A stretch of 60,966 bases of DNA, from the UHGV virus genome UHGV-0202911. One strand, written 5' to 3'. Origin of the DNA: a virus. How positions within the stretch are numbered: the first letter of the stretch is position 1; every line of letters starts with the position of its first letter. The translations under genes and the position numbers were made by a program. The notes under the pieces were generated by a model. That model was given only the letters and a program-made list of their open reading frames with translations, did no database searches and was not told the origin of the DNA. Shown piece by piece: positions 18,847 to 29,053 of the stretch.

Positions 18847-18920
18847 TTTATACCAACATTGCCTCGCTTTTTCCCCTCCAGTGATGTTTGCTCATAGGCA
18901 TTCATCCGGGGGTAGAAAAG

Positions 18921-21900
18921 ATGGCAGGCTTTACTCTTCGTTTCAATATTTCGGAAGTCCAAAAGAAATCGAAAGAGGCTCAAAATTCGATTCATGGAGT
19001 AACCGAATCCCTCAAAGAGACAAACAAATTTCTCAAGATAGTACCACGTGAAGCCACTAACGCCGAACGTGCTCTATCTACTTCCATGCAGCAAGCACAA
19101 AATGCTGTCTCTGGGTTGAATGGTTCTCTTGTTTCTCTCAAAAAAACAGCATTGACGGCTCTTTCCGCGATTGGCCTTGAAGAATTTTTGCGCCAGTCAA
19201 TCAAAGGATATGCCGACTATGAAACCGCACTCGTAAACATTGGGAAGGTTTCAGATCAATCTCTCGCTTCGGTAGACAAAAATTTGCGTTCTATCGACTC
19301 CTCTTTAGGGTCATATACTGAGCTTGCGACTGGATACTATCAAGTCCTTTCTGCGGGCGTCACCGATACCGCGAAGTCTCTTGATGTTCTTGAGACGTCT
19401 TCTAAAGCTGCAAAGGCATCGGGGGTTAGTCAGGCCGACACGATTAAAGCTCTGACTTCGCTCATGACAGGGTATACGGGGCAATTGAAGGGTGCTACGG
19501 ACGCGGCAGATACTCTTTTTGCGATTGAACGATATGGGAAAACTTCCGTTCAGGAACTTGTACCGTATATCGGGGAGCTTTCCAGTGTTTCCCGTATTGC
19601 CGGGGTTAACCTCAATAGCCTTGGAGCTTCCCTTTCCATCATTACTCAGACGGCAGGAAGCACCGCTACAGCTTCTACCCAAGTTAAGGCCCTTTTTCTT
19701 GAAACCACCAAGGAAAGCGAAAACCTCAAGAGAGTGTTATCCGATCTTGGAAAAGAAAATTTTCAGGAGCTTTTGCAGTCCAGCGGTGGAGATATTCTCA
19801 AAGCCTTGCAAACCATTTCTAAGCAAGCAGAAAAAACGGGAACTTCTATATCTTCGTTGTTTGGTTCTCAAGAGGCGCAGATAGCCGCAAAGAATCTTAT
19901 CGATCTGGCTTCAGAATACCAAAAGGCTCTAACTGGATTGGAAAATCGATCCGGGACGCTAGCTTCTGCCTTTGGGAGATATACCAAAACCATCAATGGC
20001 CTTACCTCTACAACGCAAAGTTTACTTTCCAACCTTGCCACGGAAATTGGTGAATCTTTCGGAGGCGTCGCTGCTAAAGCTTTAGATCTGTTCAATAACG
20101 GGCTCACGTTCACTACGGAAAACCTTCATTCCCTCCAAGCTGCGACCGCTTCTGTTGTTGCTGGCCTTATTGCGTTGAGGGCTGTACGTCAGGCTGACAC
20201 TCAATCTATTAGGGAAAGGTCTATAGCCTTAACCCAAGAAATCGCTACTGCAAAACAATCTGCCATTCAAAACAAGCAACTAGAATTACAGGCCGCACAA
20301 CAGGCTCTGTCTAGCTATGTTTCCAGCAAAAAAGGTTTTGGCCCTAATTTTTCTTATGCCGCTCCACAGCTACGGCAACAGATGCTTGCTACCGTGGAAG
20401 GATACAAAGAGCAGATAGCTGGAGCAAATGCCGCTATCGCTCAACTCCAAGCTAAATCTGGAGTTTTGGTTTCTAGCACATTGGCAGCCTCTAAAGCCCT
20501 CTCTGGACTTCGCTCTGTTGGCGCGGGGGTACTCAGTTTTTTTGGTGGTCCTTGGGGCGCGGCTTTTACAATTGCGGCTAGTGCGGTTGCCTATCTCGCT
20601 ACACGCCAAAGCGAATCAGAGGCCATTGCCGAAAGGTATAAAGATGTAAACACGCGGGTATCTCAGGCCCTTAAAGAACAGGCAAAGCAGGCTGGAGACG
20701 CCGAAACAAATATAAAAAACCTTTCGGCAACACAAGCTAAATTGGCACAAGAGCAAGCTAAAAGAGATCAGCAAAATTCCCTTACTGCGTTAGCTTTTAT
20801 GGCTAATGCCAATCCGTGGGAATCGTATCTTAATACGAACGGAGAAATAGGCGCGGTTGATAAAATTCGCGGAGTCGTAAGCAATTTTCTTCAAGACGTT
20901 AAAAATGGAAAAGCAGATATCGGCGCAACGGCAAAGGAGATCAGTTTTCTTGGTTCAACATCCGAAGATGCCGCTAAATTTGCACAAGAAGTATTAAATA
21001 CGTTAAAAAACTATGATGCAGCATCAATAACCATACAAAATGCAACTAATAATATAAAAAATCTTACAAATAGCCTCAATCAAGCCTCAAATGCTTCTCA
21101 GGTAACAAAAGCTTCTTTGTTAAGTCTTTCTGGTATTGATGAAGCACTTAAACAAAGTGAATTTATAGCCTTTACGAATCGTCTACCAACTGAGATGCGT
21201 TCAGCTGCGTCTTTTATTAAAAGCTCTGTAAAGAATTTAAATACTGAACAAATTCAGAATGCGTTAAAGGGAAATTTTGAAGGCATTAATCCTGATGATG
21301 CTAAAAAACTACAAAAAATTATTAGCAACCTGAAAACCCCCAAGCTCAAGACATCCACTAAGGGCACTTCTGAAATCGATAATGCCAAGGAAAAGGTGCA
21401 GCAGCTTCGGGAAGAAATAGACCGTCTGAATGGTACTGACGTAAAGGCCAATACTGATCTTTCCAAGACTATCCGAGAAATCGAATCCGTAGGGGCTAAG
21501 GCGAAACTTTCCGGCGATGAAATCAAAAAGCTCAAGACGGATTACGAAACCGCGTTCAAGACCAGCACGTTGAAGGAATTCAACAAAGAACTTCTTCAAG
21601 CTCAGGGGAACACCAAGGAACTCCGCACTATCGAGATTGTGGAAGCCGTCAATGAATGGACTACGCGGCTGAAAGGGCTTGGCCTCACTGAAACAGAGGT
21701 GACGGCGAAAACGAACCAACTCCGCGAAGCTATGAATCTGCAATCCCAGATCAAGGACGCGCAAGCCGCCGCCGACTTCTACCGTGAGCTTGCGCAATTG
21801 TCGGGAAACTATGGGCGTTCTCAGGAATATGTGGACCAGCTTCTTTCGCTACAGGCAGACAACCTGATTCGGAACGTGGGCATCACCCGTGAGCTTGCGG

Positions 21901-22670
21901 ACGAATGGTTGCGGCTCCAGAAAATACAGAATAGCCGGGAAGCATGGGCCGGGGCGTACCGGGCGACGCAAGAGTATTTTTCAGAGGCTACCAACCTCGC
22001 GCAAGGTTTTGAGAACCTGACCACCAATGCCTTTTCGAGCATGGAAGACGCGATAGTGGCGTTCGCTTCTACCGGGAAGCTATCGTTCTCGGACATGGTG
22101 AACTCCATGATTTCCGACCTGATCCGGCTCACTGTGCGGGCGAACATCACCGGGCCTCTGGCTGGTGCGTTGGGTAGTGGACTGAGTAACCTGTTTTCTG
22201 ATTGGTCTACGAACATCAAGTTCAATAATCTTGCTGACTCCATCGTTGCAGGGGCTACCCCGAGCGCACATGGGAATATCCTGTCCGGTGCGGGCATCTC
22301 CTCGTATTCCAACAGTATTGTCAGCGAACCCACGCTGTTCGGTTTTGATAGACTTACTCCTTTCGCCCGTGGCGGAATCATGGGCGAGGCCGGGCCGGAA
22401 GCCGTCATGCCGCTTGTGCGGACTTCCGGCGGCAATCTGGGCGTCCGGGCGGAAGGAGTAGGGACGTCTCCGCAAATCAACATCCAAGTCATCAACCAGA
22501 CGGGCACCGACGCCACCGCCGAAGTCCAGCAACAGCGTAACGCGCAGGGTGGCATTGACGTTGTGGTCATGCTCAAGCGTGAGATGGCGTCTGACATTGC
22601 CCGTGGGGGAGTCCTCGACCAGACGATACGGGGGCGGTACGGCGTCAAGCCTGTGGTGAGGGGGCGCTGA
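18921..22670 (+). CDS. tail tape measure protein
   Basis: 1249 aa, alpha-helical, Ala/Gln/Ser-rich; N-terminus typical of the TP901-family TMP domain. Confidence 0.75.
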   Translation: MAGFTLRFNISEVQKKSKEAQNSIHGVTESLKETNKFLKIVPREATNAERALSTSMQQAQNAVSGLNGSLVSLKKTALTALSAIGLEEFLRQSIKGYADYETALVNIGKVSDQSLASVDKNLRSIDSSLGSYTELATGYYQVLSAGVTDTAKSLDVLETSSKAAKASGVSQADTIKALTSLMTGYTGQLKGATDAADTLFAIERYGKTSVQELVPYIGELSSVSRIAGVNLNSLGASLSIITQTAGSTATASTQVKALFLETTKESENLKRVLSDLGKENFQELLQSSGGDILKALQTISKQAEKTGTSISSLFGSQEAQIAAKNLIDLASEYQKALTGLENRSGTLASAFGRYTKTINGLTSTTQSLLSNLATEIGESFGGVAAKALDLFNNGLTFTTENLHSLQAATASVVAGLIALRAVRQADTQSIRERSIALTQEIATAKQSAIQNKQLELQAAQQALSSYVSSKKGFGPNFSYAAPQLRQQMLATVEGYKEQIAGANAAIAQLQAKSGVLVSSTLAASKALSGLRSVGAGVLSFFGGPWGAAFTIAASAVAYLATRQSESEAIAERYKDVNTRVSQALKEQAKQAGDAETNIKNLSATQAKLAQEQAKRDQQNSLTALAFMANANPWESYLNTNGEIGAVDKIRGVVSNFLQDVKNGKADIGATAKEISFLGSTSEDAAKFAQEVLNTLKNYDAASITIQNATNNIKNLTNSLNQASNASQVTKASLLSLSGIDEALKQSEFIAFTNRLPTEMRSAASFIKSSVKNLNTEQIQNALKGNFEGINPDDAKKLQKIISNLKTPKLKTSTKGTSEIDNAKEKVQQLREEIDRLNGTDVKANTDLSKTIREIESVGAKAKLSGDEIKKLKTDYETAFKTSTLKEFNKELLQAQGNTKELRTIEIVEAVNEWTTRLKGLGLTETEVTAKTNQLREAMNLQSQIKDAQAAADFYRELAQLSGNYGRSQEYVDQLLSLQADNLIRNVGITRELADEWLRLQKIQNSREAWAGAYRATQEYFSEATNLAQGFENLTTNAFSSMEDAIVAFASTGKLSFSDMVNSMISDLIRLTVRANITGPLAGALGSGLSNLFSDWSTNIKFNNLADSIVAGATPSAHGNILSGAGISSYSNSIVSEPTLFGFDRLTPFARGGIMGEAGPEAVMPLVRTSGGNLGVRAEGVGTSPQINIQVINQTGTDATAEVQQQRNAQGGIDVVVMLKREMASDIARGGVLDQTIRGRYGVKPVVRGR

Positions 22671-23047
22671 TGGCATATTCCGAAATCACATGGCCCGTCT
22701 CGCTTCCACAGAGGCCGCTTGTGGATAGTTATGGCGAGACTCCGGACTATGACGTCATCGTGACTGATATGGACGCTGGCCCGAAGCGTCAGCGTAGGCG
22801 GTCGAGCGCGGGCACAGAGTCCCGCTCAGTCAAGTATCTTCTGAAATGGGAACAGAAGGCCACGATGAAGGATTTTCTTGACGGCAACGCCGGGAGGTCC
22901 TTCTGGTGGCCCGACCCGACAGCCGATGTGTACCGCTATGTGCGGGTAAAAGGCGATTCGGAGATCCAGTTTGCCCCCGTTGGCGCACGGCACTGGTATG
23001 TCACCATGACCTTGGAGATATGGCCTTATGTCAGTCGTAACAAGTAG
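22670..23047 (+). CDS. minor tail protein (lambda gpM-like position)
   Basis: ATGA overlap with the TMP stop; 125 aa. Confidence 0.4.
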   Translation: MAYSEITWPVSLPQRPLVDSYGETPDYDVIVTDMDAGPKRQRRRSSAGTESRSVKYLLKWEQKATMKDFLDGNAGRSFWWPDPTADVYRYVRVKGDSEIQFAPVGARHWYVTMTLEIWPYVSRNK

Positions 23048-23546
23048 TGAGTTCAGGAAATGGGCTACGGCTAACGACAGTGCCGATCCGTATATTTTTC
23101 TTTTGGAAATCACGCATCCGTCATTGTCCGCGCCGATCCGGGTATCTTCGGACATGACCGAATTTATCCAGCTTCATGACGAGACGAAAGAGCCGGTTTA
23201 CGGGACTCGGCACAATGGGGTTGTTTACTACGCGCTGCCCTTCAAGTTCACGGTGCCCGACCAGCCGGAAGGAAGTGACCCTATCAAGGCGCAGGTTTCG
23301 ATTGACAATATCGATCGGGAGTATGTGGCGGCTATCCGGAATATGGAATCGGCGGCCTCCTTCACTGTCAAGACAGTCTTTGCCTCTTCCCCGAATGAAG
23401 TACAACAGGAATTTCCAGTGCTCAGAATCACCTCGGCAACTTACAACGCCAGTACGATTGACGCCGAACTCGGGCCTGACGACTACCGGGCGGAACCGTG
23501 CCCGGCGATGAACTTTTATCCTGCGCTCTTTCCGGGGTTGTTCTGA
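23028..23546 (+). CDS. minor tail protein (lambda gpL-like position)
   Basis: 172 aa between the M-like and K-like genes. Confidence 0.4.
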   Translation: MSVVTSSEFRKWATANDSADPYIFLLEITHPSLSAPIRVSSDMTEFIQLHDETKEPVYGTRHNGVVYYALPFKFTVPDQPEGSDPIKAQVSIDNIDREYVAAIRNMESAASFTVKTVFASSPNEVQQEFPVLRITSATYNASTIDAELGPDDYRAEPCPAMNFYPALFPGLF

Positions 23547-23968
23547 TGCAGTGGCATGAAAAATACATCGGCATCCCGTTTGAAAACGGCGGACGTTCCT
23601 TTTTGGGCTGCGATTGCGGCGGGCTGGTTCTGCTCATGCTCAAGACTGAACGGGGCATCCATGCCAAAGATATGCTTGAAGTCTACGAACGGCAGGAGTT
23701 GCACACGCGAGACGGTCAAGAGCGGCTTTCCCACATGATTGGAGACTCACTTTCAGAGTGGGTTCTTCTGCCCAAGGGGACTGAACCCAAGCCATTGGAC
23801 ATGGCCCTATACCGCTACCGTGGGGCCGATTGCCATTGCGCCGCCGTGGTTGATGCCCGGCACATCATACACGTTGAAGAAACGCGGCCTTCCCGGTTGG
23901 CTCCCCTCAAAATGCTCGGCACAGGCTATCAACTCGTAGGGATATATCGGCATGTCGCACTTGTATAA
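23546..23968 (+). CDS. NlpC/P60-family tail peptidase (gpK-like)
   Basis: Cys (LGCDCGGLV) and His (ADCHCAAVVDARHIIH) catalytic elements; ATGA overlap. Confidence 0.55.
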   Translation: MQWHEKYIGIPFENGGRSFLGCDCGGLVLLMLKTERGIHAKDMLEVYERQELHTRDGQERLSHMIGDSLSEWVLLPKGTEPKPLDMALYRYRGADCHCAAVVDARHIIHVEETRPSRLAPLKMLGTGYQLVGIYRHVALV

Positions 23969-26900
23969 CCTTCCCGCCATCCCCGAAGCGTTGCCCGTTC
24001 TGAAAAAGGACGGGGCGTCTTTACGGCTGCGGCCTTCCCCGATGCGAACGAACGTCATCGACAGCCTCATCCCAAGCGGAACCAGCCTCCTTTTCGGACT
24101 GCGCAAGGCTTGCCGGGATGCGGGGATCAGCTACACCACGCTGCGTTATGCCAAGGTGTTCGTCAACGGCGTTCCGGTACCTTATGAAGAGTGGCACTCG
24201 ACGCTTGTGTGCGAGAGGCAGTTCGTTTCCGTCTGTATTCCTTTGGGAAAGGGCGGGGGAAAGAACCCGCTGGCGACTATCTTACAATTGGTTGTCATTG
24301 CTGTTTCCGCCATAGCGACATGGTATGTGGGCGGGGCTGGCGCAGGATGGTTCGGTATTGAAGCTCTCGGAATGGGGGCCGGATGGGGAGCCGTAGCGGG
24401 TGCCGCCGTCATGATGAGCGGCATGTTGCTTGTAAATGCCATAGCGGGTGTTTCCCAACCCAAGCTTGCCGCCGCCGACAACGAAACCGCCGCTAAAGTC
24501 TGGAGCATCGACGGCGCACAGAACCGTGCCGATCCTTACGGCATTGTGCCGCTGGTACTTGGCTTTATCCGATTCGCGCCCCGGTTCGCCGCACAGTATT
24601 ACACCGTCCTTTCCGGGAATGACCAATATGTCCGCTATCTGTATGTTGTAAGTATGGGCAACGTGCAGGTATCCGATTTCCGTATAGGAGACACGCCGTT
24701 CGGAAACTTTCAAGGATCTGAATACCGCATACACCAGAACTGGCAGGGCAGCGGGTTTGCATGGTTCAACCGTGCCGTGTCCGAAGAGTCCATGTCCGTG
24801 TTGCTCAAGAACAGCGTGGGGTGGGTAACACGGATGACGAAGGCCGATACCAACCATATCGCGCTGTTCTTTACTTTCAACGGGTTGAAACGCATCGATA
24901 AGAAAGGCAATTCATACCCCGTATCCGTTGAACTTGAAGTCAGATACCGCCGCGTGGGGTCTTCCGATTGGATTCCTTATGGGGGGACACGCACGACGGG
25001 CGGGGGAACGATAAACCTTTCTCGGAATGCATCCGGCAATTTCAGTATCGGCGTAAATGCCGACGGTTCCCTTTCTGTGAATGGCGGTATGGCGATTGTC
25101 ACGGGAACTCTTGTTGAAAAAAGAGAAATGATTGCTGATGAGGAGCATACCAGATGGTATGCCGTTTATACGTATTCCATTGAAAATATCCAAAGAGTGA
25201 ACGGTTTTGCCGGAACGGTTTCTTCTTCAGCAGGAACTATCTCTATCGGAGCCGGAAGCGTTTTTGTCCCATATCTTGTTTTCTCAGGCCAAACGGTTAC
25301 TACCCAGCGAAAGGGGGTGGAATTTGACGTTCCCGACGGACAGTATGAAGTTTCCGTCCGGCGCGTCACGCCAGATTCAGACAAGGAAACCACCGATCAG
25401 ACGGTCATGGACGAGTGTACATGGACGACGCTGCAAAGCTGGCGCAACCGTCCCGCCGTGGTCTATCAGGGCCGCCCGCTTACGCTCATCGAAGTGCAGC
25501 TCAAGGCTACGGAACAGCTTTCCGGGAACGTCGACGAGTTCAACTGCTATTGCCAGTCCATTGCGCCGATCTGGAACGGGACAAACTGGATAGACCAGCC
25601 CACGAATAACCCCGCATCCCTCGCGCTTCTCGTGGCTACATCGCAATGCACGGGTAAACCCGCGTCGTGGGATGAAATGGACATGGATTCCTATGCTGAT
25701 TTCTATAACTGGTGCCAGCGGTGGGGATGGGCCTATAATGCCGTCCAAACCTCACGCACCACAGCGGGCGAACTCCAGCACAACATCATGGGAGCCGGGC
25801 GAGGCTCTTATGCACTGATAAATGGGCATGGGGTAGTTTGGGACGATCCGGATGCGCCTGTTGTTGAAATCCTGACTCCTCGAAATACATGGGGTTTTTC
25901 AGCAAAGAAGGAATTTTTGACGGAACCCGTGCAGGGTCTTCGTATGCGTTTCTTGAATGAAACTCGGGATTTCCAAGAAGACGAGCGCGTGGTCTATGCT
26001 GATGGCTACAATGAGACAAACGCCACCAATGTCATCGAATGGGAACAAGACGGCGTTACCAATCCCGATCTGATTTGGAAACATGGAAGGTTGCGCCTTG
26101 CGGAACTGAGGCTACGCCCCGAGGTGTATACGCTCAATGCCGAGGCGGAGTCCCTGACACTGCGCCGGGGTGAGCATGTCCGTTGCCAGCACGATGTTAC
26201 GTTATGGGGCATCATTTCCGGGCGTGTCGTAAGCCGTGCTCTCAATAGTGATGGCAACCTTATTTCCATTGATCTTGACGAGTTTTGCACGATGGAAGCG
26301 GGGAAATCCTACGGCATCCGTGTTTCCACTCCCACCAACGTCGACGTGTACTACTCTGTTCAGACTGTTCCCGGCGTATCTCGTACTCTCGCGCTTGCCA
26401 TGCCTATTCCCGCCACTTCATCGGCTCCGGATATTGGGGATTTGGTATCTTTTGGTATCGCTGGACGTACGGATCAGCTTCTAACCGTTTTAAGCATAAC
26501 CCCCTCAGAAGGGTTAACGGCTCAAATTACATTCCAAGACGCGGCAACGAATCTTTACGATGCGCTCACCGGGGAAATACCTCCGTGGGATTCGAATATC
26601 ACGGCCCCTACGCGGTACCAAGCGAATACACCGCCTACGCCTGAACTCACGAATATCGTTTCTGATGAAACCGTACTGACGCAACTTGCCGACGGCACAC
26701 TTTTGCCCCGCATTCTCGTAAACTGGAAGATCGCGGACTCTACTGTGGTGATTGATTCATGGCGCATCATGCACCGTAAGCAAGGAGATTCCGAATGGAT
26801 CAGCGTACCTGAACGCAATACTGGGCAGACATTCAGCTACATATCCGGCGTGCAAGAAGGGGCTATGTACGAGCTGGCGATCATGGCCATGTCCAACATC

Positions 26901-29042
26901 GGCGTCATGTCCCAACAATCGTCTGTCGTTCTTCATAAAGTTGTAGGGAAAACGTCTCTTCCCCCCGACATTGAAAACCTTTCGGCAGTTATCGATATAC
27001 CCGCAGGAATCACTTTGGCATGGGATGAAGTAACCGTCCTTGACCTTTCACATTATGTTGTGACCGGAAGTTTCGGGGGAAAGACTGTTGATAATGCGAT
27101 AACGCTTGCGGCTCCGAAAAAAACAGGAATGCTTTCTTTTTCCGTTGTTGCCGTGGACACTGGAGGAAGAACATCAAAGAATCCTGCGCAAATAACAATC
27201 GAAGTCAAAAGTCCAGCCGTGCCGGACATTGGAGGGGAACTTAGAACCGACGGACTGTATGTGCAATGGCAGGACTGCAAGACCACATGGCCTATCCATC
27301 ATTACAATATATTTGATATATATAACAATATAAATGAGATAGTGAACTCTACGGCATGGTTGATGCCCCCACGTCCCGAAGGGGATTACACGTTCAAAGT
27401 AATCGCTGTGGACATCTTCCAAAACGAATCTCCGGCAGGATACGGGAGCGTTCACGTTGGGCCGATTTATCCGCCCAAGCCCGTCATCACGATAGACAGC
27501 ACTGATATGGTCATATCGTGGCCTACGGTAGAGTCAGCGTTTCCCATTGAATCATATGAAATTGTTTTTGTTGATGGAACATTCGTAGCCAAGACGAAGG
27601 CCACTTCATATCGATTCCCGGCACCAAAGGCAGGGACATGGGAATATCGAGTCCGTGCGATAGACGTAGCGGGGAATGTATCAGGGTGGGGTGAAGCTGC
27701 ATATGTCGTCACCAAACCAGAGCCTCCGCAGGTGACTGCGGTTCTTGACGGCGAAGGCATCACTGTACGCTGGAAGGCGACGACTAACCTTCTTCCCATC
27801 GTCGCGTGGGATTTAGTTCGGCAGTGGGAAGAAACTCGGGATGATGGGGTGATCGTTACCAGAGAGGAAGATTATGGACGTCTTGACATCGATTGTCTGA
27901 CCGTTCCAGCCGTATCCGTTGGGATGCATTGGTTCATGGTCAGGGCCGTAGATAGTGCTGGAAATATTTCAGGATGGGGAGATTGCGATTTCACGGTCAT
28001 TGCACCGGGAAAAGTACAGTTCGAAAACTGTGCCACAGTTGACAACAACGTCATGTTGTATTGGACGGAACCGGATAGGATATTTTTCCCCATTCGTGAA
28101 TACATCTTTTCAGAAATCGATGAGGACGGCTATGATATGGAGATCGGGCGGATTGATGCACTGTTTGCCTCTTCTTTTGAAACCGTTTCAGGAGAATATA
28201 TCTATGGCATAACCCCTGTTGATGTGGGGGGGAACCGGGGAACAATGTCGTCAATCAAGATGACTGTCAGCCAGCCGCCTGACTTCGTATTCTACCATAA
28301 CCTCGATTCTCTCTTTAACGGCGCGAAGACCAACTTTGTGCTGGACGGGCGCGGCAGCATGATCGGCCCCGTGCCCGATGAGACATGGGAAGAAAATCTT
28401 ACACGAGCAACACAGGTAGCTGGCAAGGACGTCGAGACATGGCAACAAAAGATTGACGAAGGATTCACGACATGGATGGCCCCGGTTGCTGCATCCGGAA
28501 CCTATATCGAAACTGTGGATGTAGGCAAACTCGTACCCTCAACCAAGATTACGGTCACCATCTCCTCCCGCACGTTGAGCGGCAATCCCGCCTTTGCCTG
28601 CAAGATCGAGGTGAGCCAAGACAACGCTACATGGCGGACCATTTCGGATAACGCCACAGTCGTCTTCGCTACGCAGTTCCGCTATGTCCGATACACCATC
28701 ACAGTTACGGGCGGCATGACGGCGATCTCGAACATCAACTACTCCCTTGATGTGAAAAGAAAAATGGATTTCGGGCGAATAGATGTAACGGCAACGGACA
28801 ACGGTACCGGATGGATCTCGGAGACAGAGACCCCCATGCTCACGGGCAAGTGGGTCGATTTCAATGTCAATTTTATCGATGTTGAAAGCCTGCCCAAACC
28901 TAATATCGTCAATAATGAAAACCTTACCGCGTTTACAGTGTTCGAGGATACAGAAAACCCCAAGGGATTCCGCATATTCGTAAAAGACAAAAACGGCAAT
29001 CGAGCCGATGGAACTGTGGATTGGGCCGCATATGGCGTTTAA
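23952..29042 (+). CDS. tail tip protein: gpI-like N-terminal region fused to a gpJ-like host specificity protein with FN3-like repeats
   Basis: Gly-rich hydrophobic segment followed by PLVLGF, reminiscent of lambda gpI; then about 1500 aa with repeated beta-sandwich-like modules. Confidence 0.6.
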   Translation: MSHLYNLPAIPEALPVLKKDGASLRLRPSPMRTNVIDSLIPSGTSLLFGLRKACRDAGISYTTLRYAKVFVNGVPVPYEEWHSTLVCERQFVSVCIPLGKGGGKNPLATILQLVVIAVSAIATWYVGGAGAGWFGIEALGMGAGWGAVAGAAVMMSGMLLVNAIAGVSQPKLAAADNETAAKVWSIDGAQNRADPYGIVPLVLGFIRFAPRFAAQYYTVLSGNDQYVRYLYVVSMGNVQVSDFRIGDTPFGNFQGSEYRIHQNWQGSGFAWFNRAVSEESMSVLLKNSVGWVTRMTKADTNHIALFFTFNGLKRIDKKGNSYPVSVELEVRYRRVGSSDWIPYGGTRTTGGGTINLSRNASGNFSIGVNADGSLSVNGGMAIVTGTLVEKREMIADEEHTRWYAVYTYSIENIQRVNGFAGTVSSSAGTISIGAGSVFVPYLVFSGQTVTTQRKGVEFDVPDGQYEVSVRRVTPDSDKETTDQTVMDECTWTTLQSWRNRPAVVYQGRPLTLIEVQLKATEQLSGNVDEFNCYCQSIAPIWNGTNWIDQPTNNPASLALLVATSQCTGKPASWDEMDMDSYADFYNWCQRWGWAYNAVQTSRTTAGELQHNIMGAGRGSYALINGHGVVWDDPDAPVVEILTPRNTWGFSAKKEFLTEPVQGLRMRFLNETRDFQEDERVVYADGYNETNATNVIEWEQDGVTNPDLIWKHGRLRLAELRLRPEVYTLNAEAESLTLRRGEHVRCQHDVTLWGIISGRVVSRALNSDGNLISIDLDEFCTMEAGKSYGIRVSTPTNVDVYYSVQTVPGVSRTLALAMPIPATSSAPDIGDLVSFGIAGRTDQLLTVLSITPSEGLTAQITFQDAATNLYDALTGEIPPWDSNITAPTRYQANTPPTPELTNIVSDETVLTQLADGTLLPRILVNWKIADSTVVIDSWRIMHRKQGDSEWISVPERNTGQTFSYISGVQEGAMYELAIMAMSNIGVMSQQSSVVLHKVVGKTSLPPDIENLSAVIDIPAGITLAWDEVTVLDLSHYVVTGSFGGKTVDNAITLAAPKKTGMLSFSVVAVDTGGRTSKNPAQITIEVKSPAVPDIGGELRTDGLYVQWQDCKTTWPIHHYNIFDIYNNINEIVNSTAWLMPPRPEGDYTFKVIAVDIFQNESPAGYGSVHVGPIYPPKPVITIDSTDMVISWPTVESAFPIESYEIVFVDGTFVAKTKATSYRFPAPKAGTWEYRVRAIDVAGNVSGWGEAAYVVTKPEPPQVTAVLDGEGITVRWKATTNLLPIVAWDLVRQWEETRDDGVIVTREEDYGRLDIDCLTVPAVSVGMHWFMVRAVDSAGNISGWGDCDFTVIAPGKVQFENCATVDNNVMLYWTEPDRIFFPIREYIFSEIDEDGYDMEIGRIDALFASSFETVSGEYIYGITPVDVGGNRGTMSSIKMTVSQPPDFVFYHNLDSLFNGAKTNFVLDGRGSMIGPVPDETWEENLTRATQVAGKDVETWQQKIDEGFTTWMAPVAASGTYIETVDVGKLVPSTKITVTISSRTLSGNPAFACKIEVSQDNATWRTISDNATVVFATQFRYVRYTITVTGGMTAISNINYSLDVKRKMDFGRIDVTATDNGTGWISETETPMLTGKWVDFNVNFIDVESLPKPNIVNNENLTAFTVFEDTENPKGFRIFVKDKNGNRADGTVDWAAYGV

Positions 29043-29053
29043 GGAGTATGACT

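Noticed and set aside
21821-22676. Minus-strand ORFs of 275 and 198 aa inside the tape measure gene
   Set aside because: These are antisense artefacts of a long GC-rich coding region. They have no RBS or recognisable domain.
24182-25748. Several 60-190-aa ORFs on both strands within the J-like gene
   Set aside because: They are nested in a continuous 1696-aa ORF that has a conserved repeat architecture.
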